NCBI GenBank assembly: GCA_023394955.1 | Contig: JAEWZY010000061.1 | Location: 21,095 to 85,094 of the forward strand | Direction of reading: 5' to 3' | DNA: 64,000 nucleotides | Origin: Bacillota bacterium | GTDB taxonomy: Bacteria; Bacillota; UBA4882; UBA8346 | Shown: in pieces, positions 27,436 to 36,836 of the stretch | Numbering within the stretch: position 1 is the stretch's first letter | How the letters are laid out: each line of letters begins with the position of its first letter | Notes under the pieces: generated by a model | Databases searched by the model: none | Seen by the model: only the letters and a program-made list of their open reading frames with translations | What the model was told of the DNA's origin: nothing | Program-made: the position numbers and the translations under genes

Positions 27436-28947
27436 ATGAAAGGGGACTGGTCGGTGAATTTAGCGGAAATATTAAAGAATATCAAACTGATCAAAGTAAA
27501 CGGCAGCCTTGATCTGGAGATAAACGAGATTAACCAAGACTCGCGTTTGGTTTCTAAGGGCGATTTATTTCTAAGCATTAAAGGTTCCAAACTTGACGGT
27601 CATCAATATCTGAAGCACGCCGCCGAACAAGGGGCGATTGCTGCGATCGTTGAGGATTGGCCCGAAAACCGCCACGGCTTGACTATTATTCAAGTTAAAG
27701 ATGTTGCCGGTTCCTTAAAAGAAATCGCCGGAGCTTTTTACGGATATCCCGACCGACATTTAAAATTAATCGGAGTCATAGGGACCAACGGAAAAACCAC
27801 TTCGACCTATTTGTTAAAAAACATGTTGGAAGCCTCCGGTTATCGAGTGGGCTTAATCGGGACCATTCACAATCTCATCGAAGACCGGGTAATACCGGCA
27901 AACAATTTGGTAACAAATACTACGCCGGGAATGCTGGAGCTTCAAAAGTTATTCGCTAAAATGGTTGCGGCCGGAGTCGACTATGTGGTGATGGAAGTCT
28001 CTTCTCATTCCATTGCTCAGGGCCGGATAGCCGGTCTCAGATTTACAGGAGGTATTTTTACCAATATCACCCAAGATCATCTCGATTACCATAAAACCTT
28101 TGAGGAATATTTAAAGGTAAAAACTACATTTTTTAAAGATTTAGCGCCTGATTCCTGGGCGGCGATTAATAATGACGACCCTCACGCCGAGTCGATCATC
28201 GCTCAAATCAAAGCTAAAGTATATACCTATGGAATATATAATAAAGCATCGGTTCAGGCTGAAAAGGTTGAAGTAATTCAAGCGGGAGTATCATATAGAG
28301 CCAATACCTTTAAAGGAAAGATCAGCTTAGCCCTTAACCTAACCGGTTACTTCAATGTTTATAATAGTTTAGGAGCATTGACCGCCGGTTTGGCGGAAGG
28401 ATTAGAACCTCCTAAGATAAAACATGGTTTAGAATCGGTATCGATTGTTCCCGGCCGGTTTCAAATGGTACCGGAATCTAAAACCTTTGGAGTAATCGTC
28501 GATTATGCCCACACCCCCGATGGTCTTGAGAATATCTTAAAAACCGCCCGGAGTCTAACCTCCCGTCGATTGCTTTTAGTTTTCGGCTGCGGTGGCGACC
28601 GCGACCGCGCCAAAAGGCCGATTATGGGAGAGATCGCAGCCAAAATGGCCGATTTCACCATAATAACTTCTGATAACCCTCGCTCGGAAGACCCTTTGCA
28701 AATCATCAACGATATTGAAGCCGGGTTTAAAAAAACTACATCTAAAGCTGTTTATCAAGTAGAAGCCGATCGTTCCAAGGCGATTAAAAAAATTATCGCC
28801 ATGGCCGATGCGGCCGATTTGGTAATGATCGCCGGAAAAGGCCACGAGACTTATCAGGATTTTGGAGATCACCGGATTCATTTTGACGACCGGGAAGTGG
28901 CCCGGGAAGCGCTTAAGGAGAAATTCAATGGCCGATTTCAAGCTTAG
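27436..28947 (+). CDS. murE: UDP-MurNAc-L-Ala-D-Glu:meso-DAP ligase MurE
   Basis: GTNGKTTS P-loop, ..DNPRSEDP.. and a Mur ligase layout. The real start is probably GTG 27454, after the AAAGGGGA RBS. Confidence 0.9.
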   Translation: MKGDWSVNLAEILKNIKLIKVNGSLDLEINEINQDSRLVSKGDLFLSIKGSKLDGHQYLKHAAEQGAIAAIVEDWPENRHGLTIIQVKDVAGSLKEIAGAFYGYPDRHLKLIGVIGTNGKTTSTYLLKNMLEASGYRVGLIGTIHNLIEDRVIPANNLVTNTTPGMLELQKLFAKMVAAGVDYVVMEVSSHSIAQGRIAGLRFTGGIFTNITQDHLDYHKTFEEYLKVKTTFFKDLAPDSWAAINNDDPHAESIIAQIKAKVYTYGIYNKASVQAEKVEVIQAGVSYRANTFKGKISLALNLTGYFNVYNSLGALTAGLAEGLEPPKIKHGLESVSIVPGRFQMVPESKTFGVIVDYAHTPDGLENILKTARSLTSRRLLLVFGCGGDRDRAKRPIMGEIAAKMADFTIITSDNPRSEDPLQIINDIEAGFKKTTSKAVYQVEADRSKAIKKIIAMADAADLVMIAGKGHETYQDFGDHRIHFDDREVAREALKEKFNGRFQA

Positions 28948-30316
28948 CGAGATTATTCAAATTGTTAACGGACAGCTTATCAAGGGCGATCCGGAGTTGA
29001 CTGTTTCCGGAATTAGCACCGACTCTCGTAAAATTAAACGAGGCGATCTATTTCTAGCTTTAAAAGGAGAACATTTTGACGGTCATCAATTTCTGAACGA
29101 AGCGGTTAATGCGGGGGCCGCCGCCTTGTTAGTCATGGACGAGACTAACTTCGCCGGAGAGACGCGGATAATAAAGACTGATGATACCTTAAAGGCTTTT
29201 GGCGCTATTGCCGGGTTCCATCGTCAAAGATTTAAAGTTCCGGTAATTGGGATTACCGGTTCTAACGGTAAAACCACCACTAAGGATTTGATAGCTGCAG
29301 TATTGTCTCAAAAATATAACGTTGTCAAAACTGAAGCCAATTATAACAATGAAATCGGCCTTCCGCTAACCTTGTTGAAGATGGATCAAACAACTGAAGC
29401 AGTGGTAGTAGAGATGGGTATGCGGGGACTAGGCCAAATTCATAATTTAGCAACCATTGCCGGACCTGAAATTGGGATCATCACTAATATCGGACAAGCG
29501 CACATGGAGCTGTTAGGGTCTGAAGCTAACATCGCCAAAGCCAAGGCGGAGCTCATCGAATCACTTCCTCCGAAAGGGATTGCCGTTTTGAACGGAGACG
29601 ATCCTTGGATACGACAGATGGCCATACCCCATCAGGTGCGCCCTATCTGGTTTGGTTTGGATGATTCGAACTTAGATTATCGAGGAGTTGAGCTCGGGAA
29701 TAACGGAGAGGGAATTCGCTTTCAAGTCGAGGGAAACAGTGGAAAATTCGAACTCTTTCTGCCGTTGCCGGGGCGGTTAAATGTGTATAATGCTTTAGCC
29801 GCTGTTGTTATTGGCAGCATCCTGAGCTTATCCATCCGGGAAATCAAGGAGGGCCTCGCGGCGCCGGCAATGACCGGACGGAGGCTTAAAATAATAAACC
29901 GAAACCAATTCCGGATCATTGATGATACTTATAACGCTAGTCCCGCTTCGGTTAAGGCCGCCCTGGAGGTGCTTTGCGGGCTTTCAGCCCCTGGCAAGAA
30001 AATTGCGGTCTTAGCCGATATGCTCGAATTGGGTGAAGCTTCGATCAGTTCCCATATTGAAATCGGTGAATATGCCGCCAATCTAGAAATTGACTATTTA
30101 TTGGCTTATGGGGATTTGGCCCGAAAATATGTGGCGGGCTTTGTTAGCATAACTCCGGGAAAAGCGGAATATTTTTCAAATAAACAGGATTTAATCCAAG
30201 GACTTAAAGAACTAGCCGGTCCCGGCGATTCGATCTTAATCAAAGGTTCACGCGGCATGCAAATGGAGGAGGTAGTCGAAGCCTTATCCGAAGAGGGGGT
30301 TCTAATCAATGAATGA
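28928..30316 (+). CDS. murF: UDP-MurNAc-tripeptide:D-Ala-D-Ala ligase MurF
   Basis: GSNGKTTTKD P-loop and a Mur ligase layout. AAGGAG RBS precedes ATG 28928. It overlaps the murE end. Confidence 0.9.
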   Translation: MADFKLSEIIQIVNGQLIKGDPELTVSGISTDSRKIKRGDLFLALKGEHFDGHQFLNEAVNAGAAALLVMDETNFAGETRIIKTDDTLKAFGAIAGFHRQRFKVPVIGITGSNGKTTTKDLIAAVLSQKYNVVKTEANYNNEIGLPLTLLKMDQTTEAVVVEMGMRGLGQIHNLATIAGPEIGIITNIGQAHMELLGSEANIAKAKAELIESLPPKGIAVLNGDDPWIRQMAIPHQVRPIWFGLDDSNLDYRGVELGNNGEGIRFQVEGNSGKFELFLPLPGRLNVYNALAAVVIGSILSLSIREIKEGLAAPAMTGRRLKIINRNQFRIIDDTYNASPASVKAALEVLCGLSAPGKKIAVLADMLELGEASISSHIEIGEYAANLEIDYLLAYGDLARKYVAGFVSITPGKAEYFSNKQDLIQGLKELAGPGDSILIKGSRGMQMEEVVEALSEEGVLINE

Positions 30317-31289
30317 ATTAGCCAAATTATTATTCGCCGCTCTAACCTCTTTTGTAGTTACGTTAATAACTGGGCCGCCGATCATCAAAGTATTACAACA
30401 GATGAAAATTGGTCAAAGCATCCGAAATGACGGGCCTCAAAGCCATTTGAAGAAGGCGGGTACCCCTACTATGGGTGGAATCTTAATTTTACTGTCGTTA
30501 GTTGTGTCATTAATCGCGGTTCGCGCCTTCAGCCAGGAAGTGTTAGCGGTGCTTTTTTTAACCTTAGGTTTTGGCTTAATCGGTTTTATTGATGATTTTA
30601 TCATCATTGCAAACAAGCGTTCTCTAGGATTGAAAGCGAGACAAAAGTTATTCGCTCAATTGCTGATTGCCGGGATTGTAATTACTTTTCTCCTGAGAAA
30701 TAATATATCCACCGCGCAACCGGTTCCATTTACCGATTTTGAACTGGTCTTTCCCATATTGGGCTGGGGCAGAATAATCTTTTTTTTATTTGCCTTGTTC
30801 GTATTGGTTGGCGGATCAAATGCCGTGAATCTCACCGATGGTTTAGACGGTTTAGCTGCGGGAACAATGGCGATTGCCTCTTTATTCACTGCCGGATTGC
30901 TTCTGTTTCAAAAGCAAACTGATTTGGCTGTTTTCGCACTGGCTCTGGCCGGGGCATGTTTCGGCTTTACTTGGTTTAACGGGCCTCCGGCGCAAGTATT
31001 CATGGGCGATACCGGTTCGTTGGCATTAGGAGGAGCTTTGGGCGGCATGGCTTTATTCGGTCGGTTAACGTTATTTTTGCCAATAATCGGCGGAGTTTTT
31101 GTGGCTGAGACTCTCTCCGTTATTATTCAAGTTATTTCTTTTAAAACTACGGGTAAAAGAGTATTTAAAATGAGTCCCTTACATCATCATTTTGAGCTTG
31201 GCGGGATGATGGAACCCCAAATAATGCTTCGTTTTTGGATGGCGGGGGTTGCTTTAGGCGTTTTAGGAATCCTAGGTTACTTGTTCTAA
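30309..31289 (+). CDS. mraY: Phospho-N-acetylmuramoyl-pentapeptide transferase MraY
   Basis: ..KKAGTPTMGG.., ..IGFIDDF.., ..NAVNLTDGLDGLA.. and ..PLHHHFEL.. motifs. Confidence 0.95.
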   Translation: MNELAKLLFAALTSFVVTLITGPPIIKVLQQMKIGQSIRNDGPQSHLKKAGTPTMGGILILLSLVVSLIAVRAFSQEVLAVLFLTLGFGLIGFIDDFIIIANKRSLGLKARQKLFAQLLIAGIVITFLLRNNISTAQPVPFTDFELVFPILGWGRIIFFLFALFVLVGGSNAVNLTDGLDGLAAGTMAIASLFTAGLLLFQKQTDLAVFALALAGACFGFTWFNGPPAQVFMGDTGSLALGGALGGMALFGRLTLFLPIIGGVFVAETLSVIIQVISFKTTGKRVFKMSPLHHHFELGGMMEPQIMLRFWMAGVALGVLGILGYLF

Positions 31290-31313
31290 AGATTCCGACC
31301 GGTATACTATATA

Positions 31314-32414
31314 TTGGAGGATGTAAAGTTGAAACGGAATCCCCCCGACCTTTTTTTGTTTATGGTCGTCTTAACCTTAGTCATGTTGGGCTTGATTATG
31401 GTTTCCAGCGCAGGAGCGCCTGAAGCGCTAACTAAGGGCTGGAGCGTATTTCATTTTGGTTTGAAACAATTGCTTTTTGCCGGGATTGGTTTGTTTTTAA
31501 TGTTGGTAATGATGAAAATCCCTTATCAAGCTTTGAAAAAGACCACTATCCCCGTGGCGGTAGCGGCGATTTTTTTTCTAATCTTGGTTTTAATAGTCGC
31601 CGAAGTTACAAAAGGTTCGCGACGCTGGATTGACCTGGGTATTTTCCCATTTCAACCGTCGGAATTCGCTAAACTGGCTATGATCTTATTTTTAGCCCAT
31701 TACTTTAGTGAAATAAAAAAAGGAATCGGCAATTTTATCATCGGAATTATTTTACCCGGAATTTTCGTCTCAGTGATCTGTTTTTTAATATTATTGGAGC
31801 CGGATTTGGGAACAACCATTGTCATTTTCGGCACTTTTGTAATGATGCTTTTTGCCGGTGGGGCCAAAATCCTTCATCTGGGGATCTTATCGGGACTAGG
31901 AATCATTATCAGTGTTTTTGAGATTAAAATGAAAGCCTATCGCGCCGAGCGGCTCATTGCTTTCTTGAATCCTTGGCGGGATCCGCAAGGGACAGGATGG
32001 CAAATTATTCAATCTTTATATGCCCTGGGTTCCGGTGGACCATTTGGACTGGGATTAGGAATGGGTCGGCAAAAATTTAATTATCTCCCGGAAGCTCATA
32101 CCGATTATATTTTTTCCATTTTGGGTGAAGAATTGGGTCTATTGGGGACCCTGACTGTGATTGTCTTATTCTTTTTTTTAGCATGGCGGGGTTATAAAAT
32201 TGCTGTTTCAGCAAGAGAATCATACGCGAGGATGCTTGCTGCCGGGATCACTTCTTACCTTATTTTCCAGGCCATTCTCAATATCGGAGTGGTTACTTCA
32301 AGCCTTCCCGTTACCGGAGTGCCCTTGCCGTTTTTAAGTTATGGAGGCTCATCCTTGTTGGTAAGTATGTTCAGTGTTGGAATTCTGCTTAATATTTCGA
32401 AAAACGTGGAATAA
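31314..32414 (+). CDS. SEDS-family lipid II flippase/polymerase (FtsW/SpoVE)
   Basis: The 10-TM FtsW/RodA pattern (..PSEFAKL.., ..TDYIFS.., ..LPFLSYGGSS..). The start is probably TTG 31329, 8 nt after GGAGG. Confidence 0.9.
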   Translation: MEDVKLKRNPPDLFLFMVVLTLVMLGLIMVSSAGAPEALTKGWSVFHFGLKQLLFAGIGLFLMLVMMKIPYQALKKTTIPVAVAAIFFLILVLIVAEVTKGSRRWIDLGIFPFQPSEFAKLAMILFLAHYFSEIKKGIGNFIIGIILPGIFVSVICFLILLEPDLGTTIVIFGTFVMMLFAGGAKILHLGILSGLGIIISVFEIKMKAYRAERLIAFLNPWRDPQGTGWQIIQSLYALGSGGPFGLGLGMGRQKFNYLPEAHTDYIFSILGEELGLLGTLTVIVLFFFLAWRGYKIAVSARESYARMLAAGITSYLIFQAILNIGVVTSSLPVTGVPLPFLSYGGSSLLVSMFSVGILLNISKNVE

Positions 32415-32670
32415 ATTATTTTTATATGTATTGATATGTTAACAATAAAATCTCTAGTAGCCGATTATTTGCCTGATTTCAGAGTTTAAAATTGACTCCC
32501 GGTTTTTCAACTACCTTCGCGAGCTTCGGACAAGCTAATGGATGATCCGGCAACTTGAGTCTTAGTAAGTCTGCCTTCCGGATAGTATGCTTTTGTCACA
32601 TTCTACTAACAATGAGAATATGATGGGTTTGAACTCAATTGCAGTACTGGATGTTCAGGGGGATAATTCA

Positions 32671-33978
32671 ATGATTGATACGGAAACACTGGTACAGGCT
32701 GGGGCTAACGTTGCGGAACGTTTAGAAATAAATGGAGGCAGAAAACTTAGCGGAAGCATCAATGTTAGCGGCGCTAAAAACGCGGTTTTGAAATTGATGG
32801 CCGCATCCTTACTGTCCAATTCTCAATGTTTAATCCGGAATGTGCCTAAAATACGTGATGTGGATACAATGATCGGAGTATTGAGAAGTTTGGGTGTTGA
32901 AATCGATTGGGCCGAAGAAAATTCATTGTTAATTACGATTAAGAATGATTTGAATTATTCCGCCTCTGATGAGTTGGTCAAACAAATGCGAGCCTCAGCC
33001 CAGGTAATGGGTCCGATTTTGACCAAAATCGGCCGTGTCAAATTGTTTCAGCCTGGAGGTTGTGTCATTGGGCAGCGTCCTTTAGATCTTCATTTAAAAG
33101 GATTTCAGTCCATGGGAGCCACGATTTTGGAAGAACATGGCTATATTATGGTCCAAGCGAATCAAAAACTAAAAGGAACTGAGATTTTACTTGACTTTCC
33201 GAGCGTGGGGGCTACTGAAAATATTATGGCCGCCGCAATTTTAGCCGAAGGAACCACTGTGATCAAGAATGCCGCTAAGGAACCGGAAATAATTGAAGAA
33301 CAAAATTTTTATAATCGGCTAGGGGCGCGGATTAGGGGAGCGGGGACCGATACAATTAGAATTGAAGGCGTAGTTGGCTTGAATAACCGGTTTATCGACT
33401 ATACCGTGATTCCGGATCGGATTGAAGCCGGAACTTTTATGATAGCCGCTGCGGTTACAGGCGGCGAGGTGACAGTCAATAATATTATTCCCGAACATGT
33501 TGAGGCTTTGATTTCAAAGTTAAAAGAGATCGGATTTGGGGTGGAAGTTGGAGCGGAATCAATTTTGATTCGGTCCTTAGGAAATAGTTTCAAAGGTGTT
33601 GATGTTACGGTTCTACCATATCCGGGCTTCCCTACAGACTTGCAACCCCAAATTACGGCATTGTTGGCTGTGGCCAATGGAACCAGCGTTATTACTGAAA
33701 ATGTCTTTGGGAGCCGATTCCGTTATGTTGATGAGTTAATCAGGATGGGGGCTTCGATTAGGGTAGAGAGTCGAAGCGCTATCATTAAAGGTATCCCTCG
33801 ATTAAGCGGGGCCCCGGTGTATGCGCCGGATTTAAGGGCCGGAGCGTCATTGGTGATTGCCGGCTTAGTAGCCGAAGGAATGACAACTATCGAAGGGGTC
33901 CAATTTTTAGAGCGCGGTTATGAAGGAATAGAAATCAAACTCGCCAATTTAGGGGCTGATATCAAAAAGATATACTGA
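32671..33978 (+). CDS. murA: UDP-N-acetylglucosamine 1-carboxyvinyltransferase MurA
   Basis: ..GGRKLSGSINVSGAKNAVLKLMAASLL.. and an EPSP-synthase-fold layout. AGGGGGA RBS precedes ATG 32671; the track ORF starts at 32587. Confidence 0.9.
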   Translation: MIDTETLVQAGANVAERLEINGGRKLSGSINVSGAKNAVLKLMAASLLSNSQCLIRNVPKIRDVDTMIGVLRSLGVEIDWAEENSLLITIKNDLNYSASDELVKQMRASAQVMGPILTKIGRVKLFQPGGCVIGQRPLDLHLKGFQSMGATILEEHGYIMVQANQKLKGTEILLDFPSVGATENIMAAAILAEGTTVIKNAAKEPEIIEEQNFYNRLGARIRGAGTDTIRIEGVVGLNNRFIDYTVIPDRIEAGTFMIAAAVTGGEVTVNNIIPEHVEALISKLKEIGFGVEVGAESILIRSLGNSFKGVDVTVLPYPGFPTDLQPQITALLAVANGTSVITENVFGSRFRYVDELIRMGASIRVESRSAIIKGIPRLSGAPVYAPDLRAGASLVIAGLVAEGMTTIEGVQFLERGYEGIEIKLANLGADIKKIY

Positions 33979-34069
33979 AACCAATATCTTAGTGATAATG
34001 CTACTAAACCTCGGTTTTTGAGTGAGCCGTAATTTCAAGTAAAATTTTCTTTAATAAGCGAATTAGTTC

Positions 34070-34098
34070 TTGACTCGCCAAATAAGTTTTGCTAATAT
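34070..34098 (+). promoter_or_regulatory. Candidate sigma-A promoter (TTGACT-17 nt-TAATAT)
   Basis: -35 at 34070-34075 and -10 at 34093-34098, with a 17-nt spacer. It lies ~150 nt upstream of the orphan ORF. Confidence 0.45.
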
Positions 34099-34252
34099 TT
34101 GTATGGAAAATCCCCTGGCTAAATTGTATTTAATAAAGCATTCAGCTAGTTGGTGTTGGAGATACATACTTCCTAATTATACTTGCAACAACTGATAATC
34201 AACCCACAATTGATTGTATTATTTTCAAAATAAAATACGAGGTTTAACTTTA

Positions 34253-34927
34253 ATGAGACCGGACAGACGTAATTTTCTAGCAATTATTTTGTTTTTTATG
34301 GTTTTAGCTTCAATACCTCAAGCTTCCAGAGCCCATGGACAAGGATTGATCTTATCCCAAATGTCAATGGATAGTAAAAAGGAATTAAGGGATAAAATAG
34401 TCCGTGATTTATTGACGGAGTTTAAGGATAATCAGACATTCGATAAAATCCACCAATATATGCTCTCTAAAGCGGATGAACTTAATAAAGCCCATCCTCG
34501 TCATCTACCTGACTTTTTAATTGAAGATACTTTTTCAAAGACCGATAGTCTATTTGAAAGAACCAGATTTGCTATTAAAGATAATCCCGGCCGTTTTTAT
34601 GAACCGGAGTCTTTTGAAAAATCCGTTCAAAAGCTATTATGGCTTAAAGGAGTCTGTTTTTTACTGATGGGAATAAAGGAAGAACATCAAATGGCTTTTT
34701 CATATTTTTATATGCCGGGCAACGAAGACCTGAAACACAAATTTATCAATGATATGGTGAAATATTCTTTTCCTGAAGTTCCGGAAGTGCCGGAGAATGA
34801 AGCGTGGCGTCAACAGATGAATGGCGCCATGTCAAGGCTGGGTTATAATATTTTTTCCGTAAAAAAATTTGGCGTTGAAGAGAGTCAATTTGATTGGGAA
34901 AATTTTTATTACAACCAAAGATTTTAG
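34253..34927 (+). CDS. Hypothetical secreted protein (signal peptide ..LASIPQASRAHG..), no recognisable family
   Basis: ORF with an N-terminal signal-like segment. Visibly A/T-richer than its neighbours. The track ORF starts at TTG 34214. Confidence 0.5.
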   Translation: MRPDRRNFLAIILFFMVLASIPQASRAHGQGLILSQMSMDSKKELRDKIVRDLLTEFKDNQTFDKIHQYMLSKADELNKAHPRHLPDFLIEDTFSKTDSLFERTRFAIKDNPGRFYEPESFEKSVQKLLWLKGVCFLLMGIKEEHQMAFSYFYMPGNEDLKHKFINDMVKYSFPEVPEVPENEAWRQQMNGAMSRLGYNIFSVKKFGVEESQFDWENFYYNQRF

Positions 34928-34966
34928 TAATCATTGTCGCTTTAAACCTTTCCAATCAATCAAACG

Positions 34967-35004
34967 AACCGGATCTGGATTAACAATCGGCTCCGGTTTT
35001 TTTT
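34967..35004 (+). terminator. Rho-independent terminator
   Basis: AACCGGA (34967-34973) pairs with TCCGGTT (34992-34998), with an 18-nt loop and eight T residues. Confidence 0.6.
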
Positions 35005-35040
35005 CGGAAAATAATGACTCACATAAAATCCAGGTTACCG

Positions 35041-35067
35041 TGGTATAATTTTCCCTTGCCAAGGGAA
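35041..35067 (+). promoter_or_regulatory. Extended -10 promoter (TGgTATAAT) immediately followed by the 17-bp palindrome TTCCCTTGcCAAGGGAA, upstream of fapR
   Basis: TATAAT at 35044-35049 and the palindrome at 35051-35067, followed by GTCTTTTT. Confidence 0.45.
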
Positions 35068-35134
35068 GTCTTTTTGATTATAATTATTATCAGGTAATAA
35101 TAAAATCAACTAATAAAAGCGAGCAATAGGAAAA

Positions 35135-35737
35135 ATGTCGGGAAAACCAGTTAAAAAAAGTGAACGCCATCGACTGCTTTTACAAGCGATTGAGAAAAAC
35201 CCGTTTATTACTGATGAGGAATTGGCTGAGAGCCTTCAGGTGAGTATTCCCACCATTAGGCTGGATCGGTTGGAACTGTCCATTCCCGAAGTTAGAAAAC
35301 GCACTCGGGAAATGGCTTCTCATTTTTTTGGTTCCTCTCAATCCTTGGGCGTTCAGGAGATTGTTGGAGAATTAATTGAGATTGAACCCGGGAGCCGAGG
35401 TCTTTCTTTATTGGAAACCGATCAAACAATGTGTTTGGAAAAATGTAATATTATCCGGGGGCACATCATTTTTGCCCAGGCTAACTCATTAGCCAATGCT
35501 GTGGCTGATGTGCAAGTTGCGTTAACTGGGAAAACTGAATTTACCTTTTTAAGAACTGTCCGGGCGGGAGAGAAAATAATCGCCAAGGCTCAGGTGTTAA
35601 ATAAAAAAGGGCATCGTTTTCTAACTGAAGTCATTGTTCGTTCCAAAGAAGAAATTGTCGCTAAGGGTATTTTTGTAATTCACGGGATGACTTTGGAAAT
35701 GGCGAATTATTTAAAATTATTGAAAGACGCAGAATAA
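35135..35737 (+). CDS. fapR: Fatty acid/phospholipid synthesis regulator FapR
   Basis: N-terminal DeoR-like HTH (..ITDEELAESLQVSIPTIRLDR..) plus a C-terminal hot-dog thioesterase-like domain. It lies directly upstream of fabH. Confidence 0.85.
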   Translation: MSGKPVKKSERHRLLLQAIEKNPFITDEELAESLQVSIPTIRLDRLELSIPEVRKRTREMASHFFGSSQSLGVQEIVGELIEIEPGSRGLSLLETDQTMCLEKCNIIRGHIIFAQANSLANAVADVQVALTGKTEFTFLRTVRAGEKIIAKAQVLNKKGHRFLTEVIVRSKEEIVAKGIFVIHGMTLEMANYLKLLKDAE

Positions 35738-35765
35738 AGTTATAATCATTAGGAGGGCTACTAGA

Positions 35766-36722
35766 ATGGAAGTTGGAATCTCCGGAGTGGGTTTCGCAGT
35801 TCCCCAAAGAGTATTGACCAATCAAGATTTGGAAAAAATGGTGGAAACCAGTGATGAATGGATCCTTACCCGGACCGGTATTCGGGAAAGACATATTATA
35901 AAACCTGGTGAAAGTATAACCGAATTGGCTGTCGATGCTGCCCGGCAGGCATGTAATACGGCTAAGATTGATTCAGAAAAGCTTGATTTTGTAATCAGTT
36001 CGACTTTGACTCCGGACCGGATTAGTCCGGCCCAATCTTTCGAGATTGCCAAAGCTCTTAACAGCAACCGGTCATTTTGTTTTGATTTGAATGCGGCTTG
36101 CTCTGGCTTAATGTATGGAGTAGCGATTGCTGAAAGCTTTTTGAAGACTCGTCCGATTAAAAACGGGATCGTCACCGCGGGAGAGCATGTGTCGCGCTTG
36201 GTGAATTATACGGACCGGAATTCCTGTGTCTTATTTGGTGACGCCGCTTGCGCAGTTACCCTTACCAACGATCATCCTGAACATTTAATCTTAAATACCG
36301 AACTCGGCGCCGACCCTACTCTAGCCGACGAAGTTGTCATCGGTGGTGTAGACGCTTTATTAAACAACAAGAAAGAAGATTTTTATTTTAATCAAAATGG
36401 TAAAACAGTGTTTCGTTTCGCAGTTAACATTATCAAACAACTTTTCGACAGCGCTCCTCGTAAGGTAGGACTCAAACCGGAGCAGATTAGGTATGTCATT
36501 ACCCACCAGGCTAACATTCGGATAATCGAAGCCGCCGCTAAAGAACTTGCTTCCGAAAAGACAGAATTCATCATTAATCTGGATCGGTATGGAAATACCT
36601 CTTCCGCCTCCATTGGAGTGGCTTTAGCGGAATCTTGGAACCGTTTTCAAAAGGGCGACTATATATTAATGATGGGCTTCGGTGGTGGACTAAGCTGGGG
36701 CGCGACTTTAGTGGAATGGTAA
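35766..36722 (+). CDS. fabH: 3-oxoacyl-ACP synthase III (FabH)
   Basis: ..TSDEWILTRTGIRERH.., catalytic Cys (NAACSG), His (THQANIRI) and Asn (YGNTSSAS). Confidence 0.9.
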   Translation: MEVGISGVGFAVPQRVLTNQDLEKMVETSDEWILTRTGIRERHIIKPGESITELAVDAARQACNTAKIDSEKLDFVISSTLTPDRISPAQSFEIAKALNSNRSFCFDLNAACSGLMYGVAIAESFLKTRPIKNGIVTAGEHVSRLVNYTDRNSCVLFGDAACAVTLTNDHPEHLILNTELGADPTLADEVVIGGVDALLNNKKEDFYFNQNGKTVFRFAVNIIKQLFDSAPRKVGLKPEQIRYVITHQANIRIIEAAAKELASEKTEFIINLDRYGNTSSASIGVALAESWNRFQKGDYILMMGFGGGLSWGATLVEW

Positions 36723-36836
36723 TAAGTTAAAAGTCATGAGTTGAGATGTGTTCTATCTCCTATAAATTCCAAGGTTATTTACTTGAATGCAATTAAACCA
36801 TTCGTTCGTTATTGCCGATAAAATTGATAACGAAGG

